Sequence record: DRR378314_212 | Strand: one strand, 5' to 3' | Length of the DNA: 64,000 nt | In this document: positions 1 to 7,051 of the stretch, piece after piece | Position numbering within the stretch: position 1 is the stretch's first letter | Layout: the number at the start of each line of letters is the position of its first letter | Program-made: the position numbers and the translations under genes | Notes under the pieces: generated by a model | The model's input: only the letters and a program-made list of their open reading frames with translations | Database searches by the model: none | Told to the model about the DNA's origin: nothing

Positions 1-2
1 CA

Positions 3-173
3 GTTAATGAACTGCTTTCACTGATTTCAAGCTTAAGTAACTATGATCTCTATGGGACTACTTGGTACGATAAATGGACGTTGGGTCGCATGATTCAGTT
101 CAATACATCATCACCAATGAAAAATATGCGTAGTAAGATTAGGCGATTTAAGAAAAACAAAGGGTTATTGTGA
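3..173 (+). CDS. ClbS/DfsB (DUF1706) family four-helix bundle protein, 3' part only (runs off window start)
   Basis: Not in the ORF track. My frame-3 translation VNELLSLISSLSNYDLYGTTWYDKWTLGRMIQFNTSSPMKNMRSKIRRFRKNKGLL* carries the WYxKWTxGRMIQxNTSSP C-terminal signature of this family. Confidence 0.75.
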   Translation, partial: VNELLSLISSLSNYDLYGTTWYDKWTLGRMIQFNTSSPMKNMRSKIRRFKKNKGLL

Positions 174-178
174 AACCT

Positions 179-205
179 CACATAGCCATGCTGTGGGCGT
201 TTATT
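179..205 (+). mobile_element. attC-like remnant, internally deleted (right half TGCT-GTGGGC-GTTTATT)
   Basis: Lies just after a stop codon and before the next RBS. L'/spacer/GTT layout matches the fuller sites at 1124 and 1934. Confidence 0.4.
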
Positions 206-224
206 TCACCAGGAGTCAGCGTTA

Positions 225-614
225 ATGGGTAATTGGGATGGGGCAATATTCTGCAGTATTGGTTGGGTTCTACTTCTCGGAGTGGGTTACTCTTTTTATG
301 AAATTGGTATTCCAGTTTTTATGTATCCAATACAAGATTTCCTGGCATTATTTGGGTGGGTTGCTTCAGTTTACCTTGCTTTATCTATTGCGGGTTGGCT
401 TACTATCGGTCTCCCGTTTCATTGGGCAATATGTAAGTGGTCAAAGCCAAAATACCTATACTATTTGTTGCCCGGCGCATTGATAGTATTCGCTATAGCA
501 ACATTTGGTGGCTTAGAGACGGGTATTGTTTTTGGTGTGGCAGCTACGCTTCAGGCTCTAATATTTAGGTTTTATGTGTTTAAATCAAAAAAATATAACA
601 ATAGGCTGGAATGA
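225..614 (+). CDS. Hypothetical inner-membrane protein (about 4 TM helices)
   Basis: Hydrophobic 129-aa ORF with AGGAG RBS upstream. Its end reads through an attC-like left end. Confidence 0.7.
   Translation: MGNWDGAIFCSIGWVLLLGVGYSFYEIGIPVFMYPIQDFLALFGWVASVYLALSIAGWLTIGLPFHWAICKWSKPKYLYYLLPGALIVFAIATFGGLETGIVFGVAATLQALIFRFYVFKSKKYNNRLE
593..608 (+). mobile_element. attC-like left-end remnant (ATATAACAATAGGCTG)
   Basis: R''-like TATAAC followed by AATAGGCTG at a gene end. The rest of the site is missing. Confidence 0.35.
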
Positions 615-1129
615 ACAGCAAAATAGCTCGCGCCAACAACGCGATAGAAGAATCGAGAATTCTGATTAAACTCAACGCATATTCGCCGGAAGTCGTTAGT
701 ACGATATTTGTTTCTTTGGATACGAAGGAAAGCGACATCGATATCGTTTGTACGTACCAGGAACAGCAAGCGTTTATCGAGGCATTTGAATCGGCATATT
801 CCGGCTATGAAGCTTACAGCATGCGCCCACGCAAAGATCACGTTCTAGGTCAGTTTCACTGTAACCAATTTTTAATTGAAGTCTATGCGTCAAAAACTCC
901 AGTGGAGTCGCAGGCTGCATTTCGCCATTATCAAGTGATGAAACGCCTTGTAAAAATCGGAGGCAATGAGTTCATCGACAGGATACGGCAACTTAAAGAA
1001 AGCGGTCTCAAAACAGAACCTGCTATTTGTCAGGTTATGGGAATTTCTGGAGACCCCTACGCTGCAGTTCTTGAACTGGAGAACTGGTCCGAAAAGGAGC
1101 TTAAAGCGCATGTTGCAAATTGCATATAA
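611..1129 (+). CDS. DUF4269 family protein (nucleotidyltransferase-like)
   Basis: SDIDIVC motif, QAAFRH, and C-terminal GLKTEPA...GDPY..L typical of DUF4269. Confidence 0.75.
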   Translation: MNSKIARANNAIEESRILIKLNAYSPEVVSTIFVSLDTKESDIDIVCTYQEQQAFIEAFESAYSGYEAYSMRPRKDHVLGQFHCNQFLIEVYASKTPVESQAAFRHYQVMKRLVKIGGNEFIDRIRQLKESGLKTEPAICQVMGISGDPYAAVLELENWSEKELKAHVANCI

Positions 1130-1182
1130 CAGTCGTAGGCAAACCGACGCCAAAATGCGGCGCGCTTGCTCCGGGATTAAGT
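1124..1182 (+). mobile_element. attC-like site (59 bp), degenerate R'
   Basis: R'' ATATAAC overlaps the stop codon. L'' AGGCAA pairs with L' TTGCT leaving one unpaired G. CGACGCC pairs with GGCGCG leaving one unpaired A. R' is ATTAAGT instead of GTTRRRY. Confidence 0.65.
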
Positions 1183-1186
1183 GAAT

Positions 1187-1486
1187 ATGAAAACTTCTGA
1201 ACTCACAGAAAAAATAGAGAATTTTGAGCCAGTAGATGGTAATTGGCTGGCTTTTGAAGGCTTACTTGAGCGAGTTTTCGCGTCGGGTGAACCACAGAAA
1301 TTCTACCCTGCCATATTCGCTGTATTTGAGCGTAATAAGGAAGATGATGGGGAGGGTGTTTTTTGGTCGGCGGTGCATGGCATGGAGGCGGTTGGGGGCT
1401 ACGAGGAAATGCTGGTTTCCCGGCAGTCAGAGACCCCAACGCTCATGGGAAGTATTATGTTAAGACGCATCGAAAATGCTAAATAA
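1187..1486 (+). CDS. Hypothetical protein, possibly Imm30-like immunity protein
   Basis: Small acidic helical protein. The DDGEGVFWSAVHGME segment resembles the Imm30 motif. ATG at 1187. Confidence 0.5.
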   Translation: MKTSELTEKIENFEPVDGNWLAFEGLLERVFASGEPQKFYPAIFAVFERNKEDDGEGVFWSAVHGMEAVGGYEEMLVSRQSETPTLMGSIMLRRIENAK

Positions 1487-1520
1487 CGACTAAGGTACCT
1501 GTTACTAGGCAGCTGTAATT

Positions 1521-1551
1521 ACTTAACAAAGCCAAACACAGCGATAGCTTT
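1521..1551 (+). mobile_element. attC-like left-half remnant (ACTTAAC AAAGC CAAACACAGCGATAGCTTT)
   Basis: Perfect RYYYAAC core followed by a sequence resembling the left arm of marine gammaproteobacterial attC sites. No right arm. Confidence 0.5.
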
Positions 1552-1590
1552 ATTGGGCATTCTTGTAAACTCTATTCAGGAGTAGGTGGG

Positions 1591-1929
1591 ATGAAAATCG
1601 ACGATATTGGCTCTAACTCCGATTACGCAGAAGAAGCGTTTACCTTTGAACAAACTGGCGAGTTATCCGGTGACGTTGTACTTGAGTTTGGCGCGCCCTG
1701 GTGTGGACACTGTCAGGCTGCAAGTTCTGCGATAAAAGAAGCAGTAACTGAACACTCAGGGCTACGTCATATTAAAATATACGACGGCAAGGGCAAACCT
1801 CTGGGGCGCGCGTTCAAGGTAAAGCTTTGGCCGACTCTGATACTCTTGCACAATGGCAATGAAGTGGCTCGTCTAGTGAGGCCATTAAGTTCTGACGAGG
1901 TTCGTGAATTAATTTCGAAAGTCGACTAG
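1591..1929 (+). CDS. Thioredoxin family protein
   Basis: FGAPWCGHC active-site motif, WPTL cis-Pro segment, G.EVAR. Confidence 0.9.
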   Translation: MKIDDIGSNSDYAEEAFTFEQTGELSGDVVLEFGAPWCGHCQAASSAIKEAVTEHSGLRHIKIYDGKGKPLGRAFKVKLWPTLILLHNGNEVARLVRPLSSDEVRELISKVD

Positions 1930-1933
1930 AGTC

Positions 1934-1993
1934 GGCTAACAAGTGAAGGCATCGGACGCTGTAAACTGAGCCGCTGTGCTTAAAGCATTACAT
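1934..1993 (+). mobile_element. attC-like site (60 bp), degenerate R'
   Basis: R'' GGCTAAC just after the stop codon. L'' AAGGCA pairs with L' TGCTT leaving one unpaired G. R' is ATTACAT instead of GTTRRRY. Confidence 0.6.
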
Positions 1994-2009
1994 GTATATA
2001 GGATAAAAA

Positions 2010-2285
2010 GTGGGCTGGATACATTTTCTTGAAGCATATTTCTCAGTCACCTATGTTGGGATGGCGGTGGGTGTATTTTATTCAATTTACACAGCCTATT
2101 TCAGCGCGAATTCTCGGACAGGAAGCCTTCTATTAAAAGCAAAGCCACCGCTGTCCGTAGTTTACGAATGCATTTTGAACGCCTTTCGATTCGGGTTCTA
2201 CACCTTATTAGGGCTCGTGGCCCTGGGCTTTATTGCCAGCATAGTCTTATCCTTGTGGGCAATAGTAAAAGAGATAAGCATTTAA
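2010..2285 (+). CDS. Hypothetical membrane protein (2 TM)
   Basis: 91-aa ORF, GTG start after AGGA, two hydrophobic segments. Confidence 0.55.
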   Translation: MGWIHFLEAYFSVTYVGMAVGVFYSIYTAYFSANSRTGSLLLKAKPPLSVVYECILNAFRFGFYTLLGLVALGFIASIVLSLWAIVKEISI

Positions 2286-2299
2286 TTTAAAGCAATAGA

Positions 2300-3268
2300 C
2301 TATTTAGAGTCTATCTGACCCCATTGATGAGCATGGGCTTTCAGGGCGTTACATGCTGCGATCCAACGGCTGTCTCCTTCATAAAGGGCTGAATGCAGAT
2401 AGGCGGAGGTCATGCGTTGGGTGACCGCTAATCGATCCGGGTCTTCGTCGTCTGTTTCTTTGGCATCATAACCTGCAATGCCGCCCAGCCCATGTTTGGC
2501 GCCGAAGAGCGTTAGCAAGTGGTCGCTGCCTGGACTGAAGTGGTAAGGGTCTGCGTGCCAGTCGGCACCTCGGGAGGTCAAATGGGGACTCACATCGGCG
2601 TCTCCAAAAACCACCAGCGTGGGGGTGGTCATGTAAGTAAAATCTGGGTTCAATTCTGAGAAATGCTCACGGGCATACTCACTCAAGTCGTCACCTCCAT
2701 TTCCAGGAGCTGCGAGTAGAACCCCTGCTTTGATGCGTGGATCAAGTAAATCGACGTCTGTCGCGGACGTGTCTTTTGGGTCTGTTAGCCGGGCCCCCAG
2801 CAGCATACCGACAGTGTGAGCGCCTGCTGAGTGGCCGACTGCGGCGATTCTGGTGTGATCAAGACGGCCAGCAATGGCAGGTGCCTGGTCTTCGATGTCA
2901 TTCATCCGGTCCAGAATGAGCTGCATTTCCTCAACCCGTGTTCGCCAGAATAGCGGCGCGCCCGGTGCGTCTGAAGCAAAGCCTGCGACTTTGGAATTGG
3001 CATGGGTTGGTTGAATGACGACAAACCCTTGTTCCGCATAGAAGTTAGCCAGCGGACCGTAGCCGTCTTTCGACGGAAGGTACAGTGAAGGACCATGACC
3101 GTGGGACAATAAAATCACTGGCAGTTTGTCGCCGGTGACTGGTGCCGTAATACGTAATTCGAGCGGCTGCTTCCGTTGCGGCGTAGTCAGCGTGATTGGA
3201 CTGACAGAGAGAGTCGAGCGTGCAGTATCAATGGGGATATGACGGGAGGCATTAATAAGATTGTTCAT
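2300..3268 (-). CDS. Alpha/beta hydrolase (chlorophyllase-like / dienelactone hydrolase-like)
   Basis: LSHG oxyanion segment, GHSAG nucleophile elbow, likely catalytic Asp (GDAD) and His (AKHGLGG). Confidence 0.85.
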   Translation of the reverse strand: MNNLINASRHIPIDTARSTLSVSPITLTTPQRKQPLELRITAPVTGDKLPVILLSHGHGPSLYLPSKDGYGPLANFYAEQGFVVIQPTHANSKVAGFASDAPGAPLFWRTRVEEMQLILDRMNDIEDQAPAIAGRLDHTRIAAVGHSAGAHTVGMLLGARLTDPKDTSATDVDLLDPRIKAGVLLAAPGNGGDDLSEYAREHFSELNPDFTYMTTPTLVVFGDADVSPHLTSRGADWHADPYHFSPGSDHLLTLFGAKHGLGGIAGYDAKETDDEDPDRLAVTQRMTSAYLHSALYEGDSRWIAACNALKAHAHQWGQIDSK

Positions 3269-3316
3269 GTCGGAACTCCAAAGTATTGGGTGATGGGTAA
3301 TATTCGCCTATAGTAG

Positions 3317-3390
3317 AAACGGAACGTCCCACCGCTTATATATGGATCGCTGATCCGCTTAATGGCATTATTCGGATCAGTGTTCCGTTT
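3317..3390. promoter_or_regulatory. Three related 21-bp imperfect palindromes, probable TetR operators
   Basis: AAACGGAACGTCCCACCGCTT (3317-3337), ATATGGATCGCTGATCCGCTT (3340-3360) and ATTCGGATCAGTGTTCCGTTT (3370-3390) in the divergent intergenic region. Confidence 0.65.
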
Positions 3391-3439
3391 GTCAAGTGGT
3401 TCAATGGTGTCTTGTGATTTTTGAAAAAAGGAGAAGTAC

Positions 3440-4051
3440 GTGTCTGGGGGGCCTAAACAAAAAAATGTAGGGGAACAGTCACCGAAACGATCGTTGCGCG
3501 CCGATGCCGTGCGCAATGAGGATGCCGTACTTGAAGCGGCGAAAGAGGTGTTTAGCACAATGGGGGTGGATGCTCCTGTCAGGGATATCGCCGCTAAGGC
3601 GGGGGTTGGAGTTGGTACGCTGTATCGGCGCTTCCCTAAGCGTTCCGACCTGGTGGCTGGAGTGTTTCGCCGAGAGGTGGACGGCTGTGCCGCTCAGGCG
3701 GAAGTGCTGTCGACGCAACACCCGCCAGACGTTGCCCTTACGCTTTGGCTGAGGCATTACACCGACTTTCTTGCCACCAAGAAAGGTCTGGCTGCGGCGC
3801 TGCACTCCGGCGACTCTGCGTTTAATGAATTGCCCGAATACTTCCGCTCCCGGTTTGAGCCTGCTTTGGTTTCACTGCTTGAGGCGTCAGTGGCGGCAGG
3901 CGACATCCGCGGGGATGTCGAGGCCTACGATCTGCTGCGGGGTATTGGCAACCTTTCTGTGGCCAAAGGGGATGACGGCATCGCCCACACTCATCGCATG
4001 TTGGACTTGTTAGTTGACGGTTTACGCTATGGCGCAGGCCGCAGCAGATAG
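3440..4051 (+). CDS. TetR/AcrR family transcriptional regulator
   Basis: RADAVRN leader and IAAKAGVGVGTLYRRFP helix-turn-helix. Confidence 0.92.
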   Translation: MSGGPKQKNVGEQSPKRSLRADAVRNEDAVLEAAKEVFSTMGVDAPVRDIAAKAGVGVGTLYRRFPKRSDLVAGVFRREVDGCAAQAEVLSTQHPPDVALTLWLRHYTDFLATKKGLAAALHSGDSAFNELPEYFRSRFEPALVSLLEASVAAGDIRGDVEAYDLLRGIGNLSVAKGDDGIAHTHRMLDLLVDGLRYGAGRSR

Positions 4052-4134
4052 AGTCCCCGTGTATACCGTTCAGTGCCTCAATTAGTTGGTATCGGTGAAC
4101 GAAACTCCCACGCTTTATAAGGTATTACCTCATT

Positions 4135-4680
4135 ATGATTAAAACGGAAAGACTGATACTTCGGCAATGGGATAACGATGACTTCCAACCCTTTTCGCAG
4201 ATGTGTAGCGATAAGGACGTGATGGAGTTTTTTCCGAGGCTTCTGACAGCGGAAGAAAGTTTCAGTGGAGCGAGACGAATTCAGTCTCTCATTGCTGATC
4301 GAGGTTGGGGCTTCTGGGCTGTAGAGCTCCCCGGTGAGAGTAAATTTATTGGATTTGTCGGGTTGCATACCCCCAAAGAAAATATGCCATTCTCACCATG
4401 TGTTGAAGTTGGCTGGCGCCTGGCGAAACAATATTGGGGCATGGGTTACGCAACCGAGGCTGCTAAAGCGTCATTGCGCTATGCTTTTACTCACTTGGGT
4501 TTAGAAGAGGTGGTCTCTTTTACAACAGCGCACAATATGCGTTCTCAAGCCGTCATGAAAAAAATTGGAATGTCCTATGCCTGTAATTTTAAGCATCCGG
4601 ACTTAGACCCTTCTCACCCGCTTTGTGAGCACGTTTTGTATAAGATAAACAGAGAGCAGTGGGAGCGACATTCCTTATAA
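4135..4680 (+). CDS. GNAT family N-acetyltransferase (RimJ/RimL-like)
   Basis: TERLILR start, EVGWRL, WGMGYATEAA acetyl-CoA loop, N.RSQAVMKKIGM. Confidence 0.9.
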   Translation: MIKTERLILRQWDNDDFQPFSQMCSDKDVMEFFPRLLTAEESFSGARRIQSLIADRGWGFWAVELPGESKFIGFVGLHTPKENMPFSPCVEVGWRLAKQYWGMGYATEAAKASLRYAFTHLGLEEVVSFTTAHNMRSQAVMKKIGMSYACNFKHPDLDPSHPLCEHVLYKINREQWERHSL

Positions 4681-4704
4681 TGAAACCCAAATATTGGAGC
4701 AACA

Positions 4705-5046
4705 ATGCCACTATTGTTTTCGTATGGAACACTTCAGCAAAAAGAAGTACAGATTGCTAATTTTGGTCGAGAATTGACAGGGAGCAAAGATGTTCTGCAG
4801 TGCTACGTTGTCGGCGAAATTACAATTACTGATGAGCGCGTGCTTCGTGAAAGCGGTAAAGCCATTCATCCGATTTTACGTTTTACTGGTGCCCAGCAAG
4901 ATGAGATTGAGGGTACAGTATTTGAGGTTACGGATGCAGAGTTAGCGCAAGCGGATGACTACGAAGTGGTTGACTACGTTCGCATAGCTGCGAAGTTAAA
5001 GTCGGGCAAGGAAACGTGGATCTATGCAGCCGCTGAGAAGGCATAA
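4705..5046 (+). CDS. Gamma-glutamylcyclotransferase family protein
   Basis: LFSYGTL N-terminal motif and L..AD.YE catalytic segment. Confidence 0.85.
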   Translation: MPLLFSYGTLQQKEVQIANFGRELTGSKDVLQCYVVGEITITDERVLRESGKAIHPILRFTGAQQDEIEGTVFEVTDAELAQADDYEVVDYVRIAAKLKSGKETWIYAAAEKA

Positions 5047-5075
5047 TAAGCGCTAATATTGCAAGACTCCCATTT

Positions 5076-5109
5076 TGAATATATGATTTATATACATATC
5101 ATATATTCA
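5076..5109. promoter_or_regulatory. Perfect 12-bp inverted repeat, probable operator of the ParD-like/map operon
   Basis: TGAATATATGAT-N10-ATCATATATTCA ending at the AGGAG RBS. Confidence 0.6.
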
Positions 5110-5118
5110 GGAGCTGCT

Positions 5119-5325
5119 ATGGGAATTGTCAAAATTGATGACGAACTGCATGGAGAAATTCGCAAAGCGAGTTCAGTTATGGTTCGCTCTATTAATGCTC
5201 AGGCCGAATATTGGATAAAAATGGGTATGCTTGCTGAGGCGAACCCCAACATGTCTTTTTCGGATATCATGCGCGACCAAATGAAGTTGGCCGACGTAGA
5301 CATAAGGAAGGCTGTTGGTGGCTAG
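5119..5325 (+). CDS. ParD-like ribbon-helix-helix family protein
   Basis: MGIVKIDDELH...RSINAQAEYWIKMG matches the small ParD-like proteins commonly encoded just upstream of a second map gene. ATG at 5119 after AGGAG. Confidence 0.8.
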   Translation: MGIVKIDDELHGEIRKASSVMVRSINAQAEYWIKMGMLAEANPNMSFSDIMRDQMKLADVDIRKAVGG

Positions 5326-6091
5326 TGTAAAGCTGAAAAGTACTGACGAATTAAATGTCATGCGTGAGTCAGGCCGTCTTCTTGCAATGGTTTTTGACTA
5401 CCTGAATGACTTTATTGAAATCGGTATCTCAACCATGGATATCAACGATTTGGCGGAGAGGTACATCACCGATCAGCTGGGCGCTCGTCCGGCGAGTAAA
5501 GGTCAGTATGGGTAACAGTATGTTCTCAATAGTTCGGTCAACCAGGTTGTGTGCCACGGCGTTCCTTCGACCACGCAAAAGCTAAAATCCGGGGACATCA
5601 TCAACGTTGATATTACCCTGGAAAAAGATGGGTTCATTGCCGACTCCAGCAAAATGTATATCGTTGGCAATGTCAGTCCACTTGCCAAACGCTTGGCTGA
5701 TAAAACCTATGAGGCAATGTGGCAGGGAATACGGAAGGTTAAGCCTGGCGCGACACTGGGCGATGTTGGTCATGCTATTCAGAGCTATGCCGAGAAGCAT
5801 GGCTATTCTGTTGTGCGCGAGTATTGCGGTCACGGTATAGGCCGGGAAATGCATGAAGAGCCGCAAGTTTTGCATTACGGCCAGCCCGGAAAGGGGTTAG
5901 TTCTGAAAGAAGGAATGGTGTTTACCATAGAGCCCATGATTAACCAGGGTAAAGCCAAGATTAAAGTTAAGAAAGATGGGTGGACGGTTGTCACCAGCGA
6001 CAAGAAATTATCTGCTCAGTGGGAACATACCGTGGCCGTTACTTCAGATGGTTACGAGGTACTGACGCTTAGAACTGAAGAGCGTGTTTGA
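5318..6091 (+). pseudogene. map: Type I methionine aminopeptidase interrupted by an in-frame TAA at 5513-5515
   Basis: ORFs 5315-5515 and 5549-6091 are in one frame, reading ...ASKGQYG*QYVLNSSVNQVVCHG. Metal ligands (D-IT, DSS, GHGIG, HEEP, TIEP, EHT) are intact. Confidence 0.85.
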
Positions 6092-7001
6092 CTATCACAG
6101 GCACGGTAAACTTCGAAGAGACATAAATTTGGATTCCTTAACTAACCAACAATTGCAGGCGGGTATTGCAGAACTTGACCATGCGATTTATCTCCATGAT
6201 CAGTGGTACAAAAATTTGCTGCGTGTATTGGTTTCTCGCGTATCACCCGAACAATCAGATTTGATGCCTGATGCACATCTAAAATGTGCTTTCGGGAAAT
6301 GGTATGAAGACCATTCTGAAAGTTTTTTTATTGAAAGCCAGCAGCTTAAATCACTATATGAAGCGCATAAGAAGGTACATATTAATGCGCGACATTTATT
6401 TCAGCGCGTTTCGGATGGTTTAGTTATTCCAGTGAGTGACTGGGACCATTTTGAAACTGGTCGGGAAAGAATGCGGTTAGAAATTTGGGCGGCACGACAT
6501 GAGTTTGCTGAAACCCTAAAAAATCGAGATTCACTGACGGAAGCTCAAACCCGGACCGGTTTGCTTACAGACCTTCGAAAACAGCACTCTCTTGTTCTTA
6601 GGGGAAAGCAAACTTATGCACTGGCTATGTTGGATTTTGATCATTTCAAGAGGATCAACGATTCATACGGCCATGCTGCTGGTGATACGGTGCTAGCCTC
6701 AACCGTACAATGCGTAAAGTCCCACCTTCGGCCATACGACAGAATTTATAGATATGGCGGGGAGGAATTTCTTATCTGTATGCCCAGCACAACCCTGGAG
6801 CAAGCCGGTGAGATGATGGAGCGACTGCGCTTGGCTATCTCAGAACAGCATTTTGAATTTGGTGATATTCAGGTAACGGCATCCTTTGGGGTCACCGTTC
6901 TCAGGGAATCCCAAACGGTTGAAGAGTCAATAAACGGTGCTGACAAAGCGATGTATAAAGCAAAGAATACAGGACGCAATTGCGTGGTACTCGATGTTTA
7001 A
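6084..7001 (+). CDS. Diguanylate cyclase with N-terminal CZB zinc-binding domain (DgcZ-like)
   Basis: HDQW, CAFGKWY and HKKVH CZB ligands. DFDHFKRINDSYGH, RPYD I-site and GGEEF active site. The true start may be downstream (TTG near 6129). Confidence 0.88.
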   Translation: MFDYHRHGKLRRDINLDSLTNQQLQAGIAELDHAIYLHDQWYKNLLRVLVSRVSPEQSDLMPDAHLKCAFGKWYEDHSESFFIESQQLKSLYEAHKKVHINARHLFQRVSDGLVIPVSDWDHFETGRERMRLEIWAARHEFAETLKNRDSLTEAQTRTGLLTDLRKQHSLVLRGKQTYALAMLDFDHFKRINDSYGHAAGDTVLASTVQCVKSHLRPYDRIYRYGGEEFLICMPSTTLEQAGEMMERLRLAISEQHFEFGDIQVTASFGVTVLRESQTVEESINGADKAMYKAKNTGRNCVVLDV

Positions 7002-7004
7002 CAC

Positions 7005-7029
7005 AAAAAAAGCCCTCCGGTGGAGGGCT
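7005..7029 (-). terminator. Rho-independent terminator
   Basis: AGCCCTCC-ggt-GGAGGGCT hairpin with an A7 tract (U tract on the minus strand) between convergent genes. Confidence 0.75.
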
Positions 7030-7051
7030 GTGTAAGTCACACTAAGAGCTT

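Noticed and set aside
1138-1175. GGCAAACC...GACGC resembling a c-di-GMP-I riboswitch
   Set aside because: No GNRA-capped P2 stem between the motifs and no P3. The segment is better explained as an attC-like site.
5513-5515. Programmed readthrough or selenocysteine in map
   Set aside because: The codon is TAA, not TGA or TAG, at a non-catalytic position. A nonsense mutation or sequencing error is simpler.
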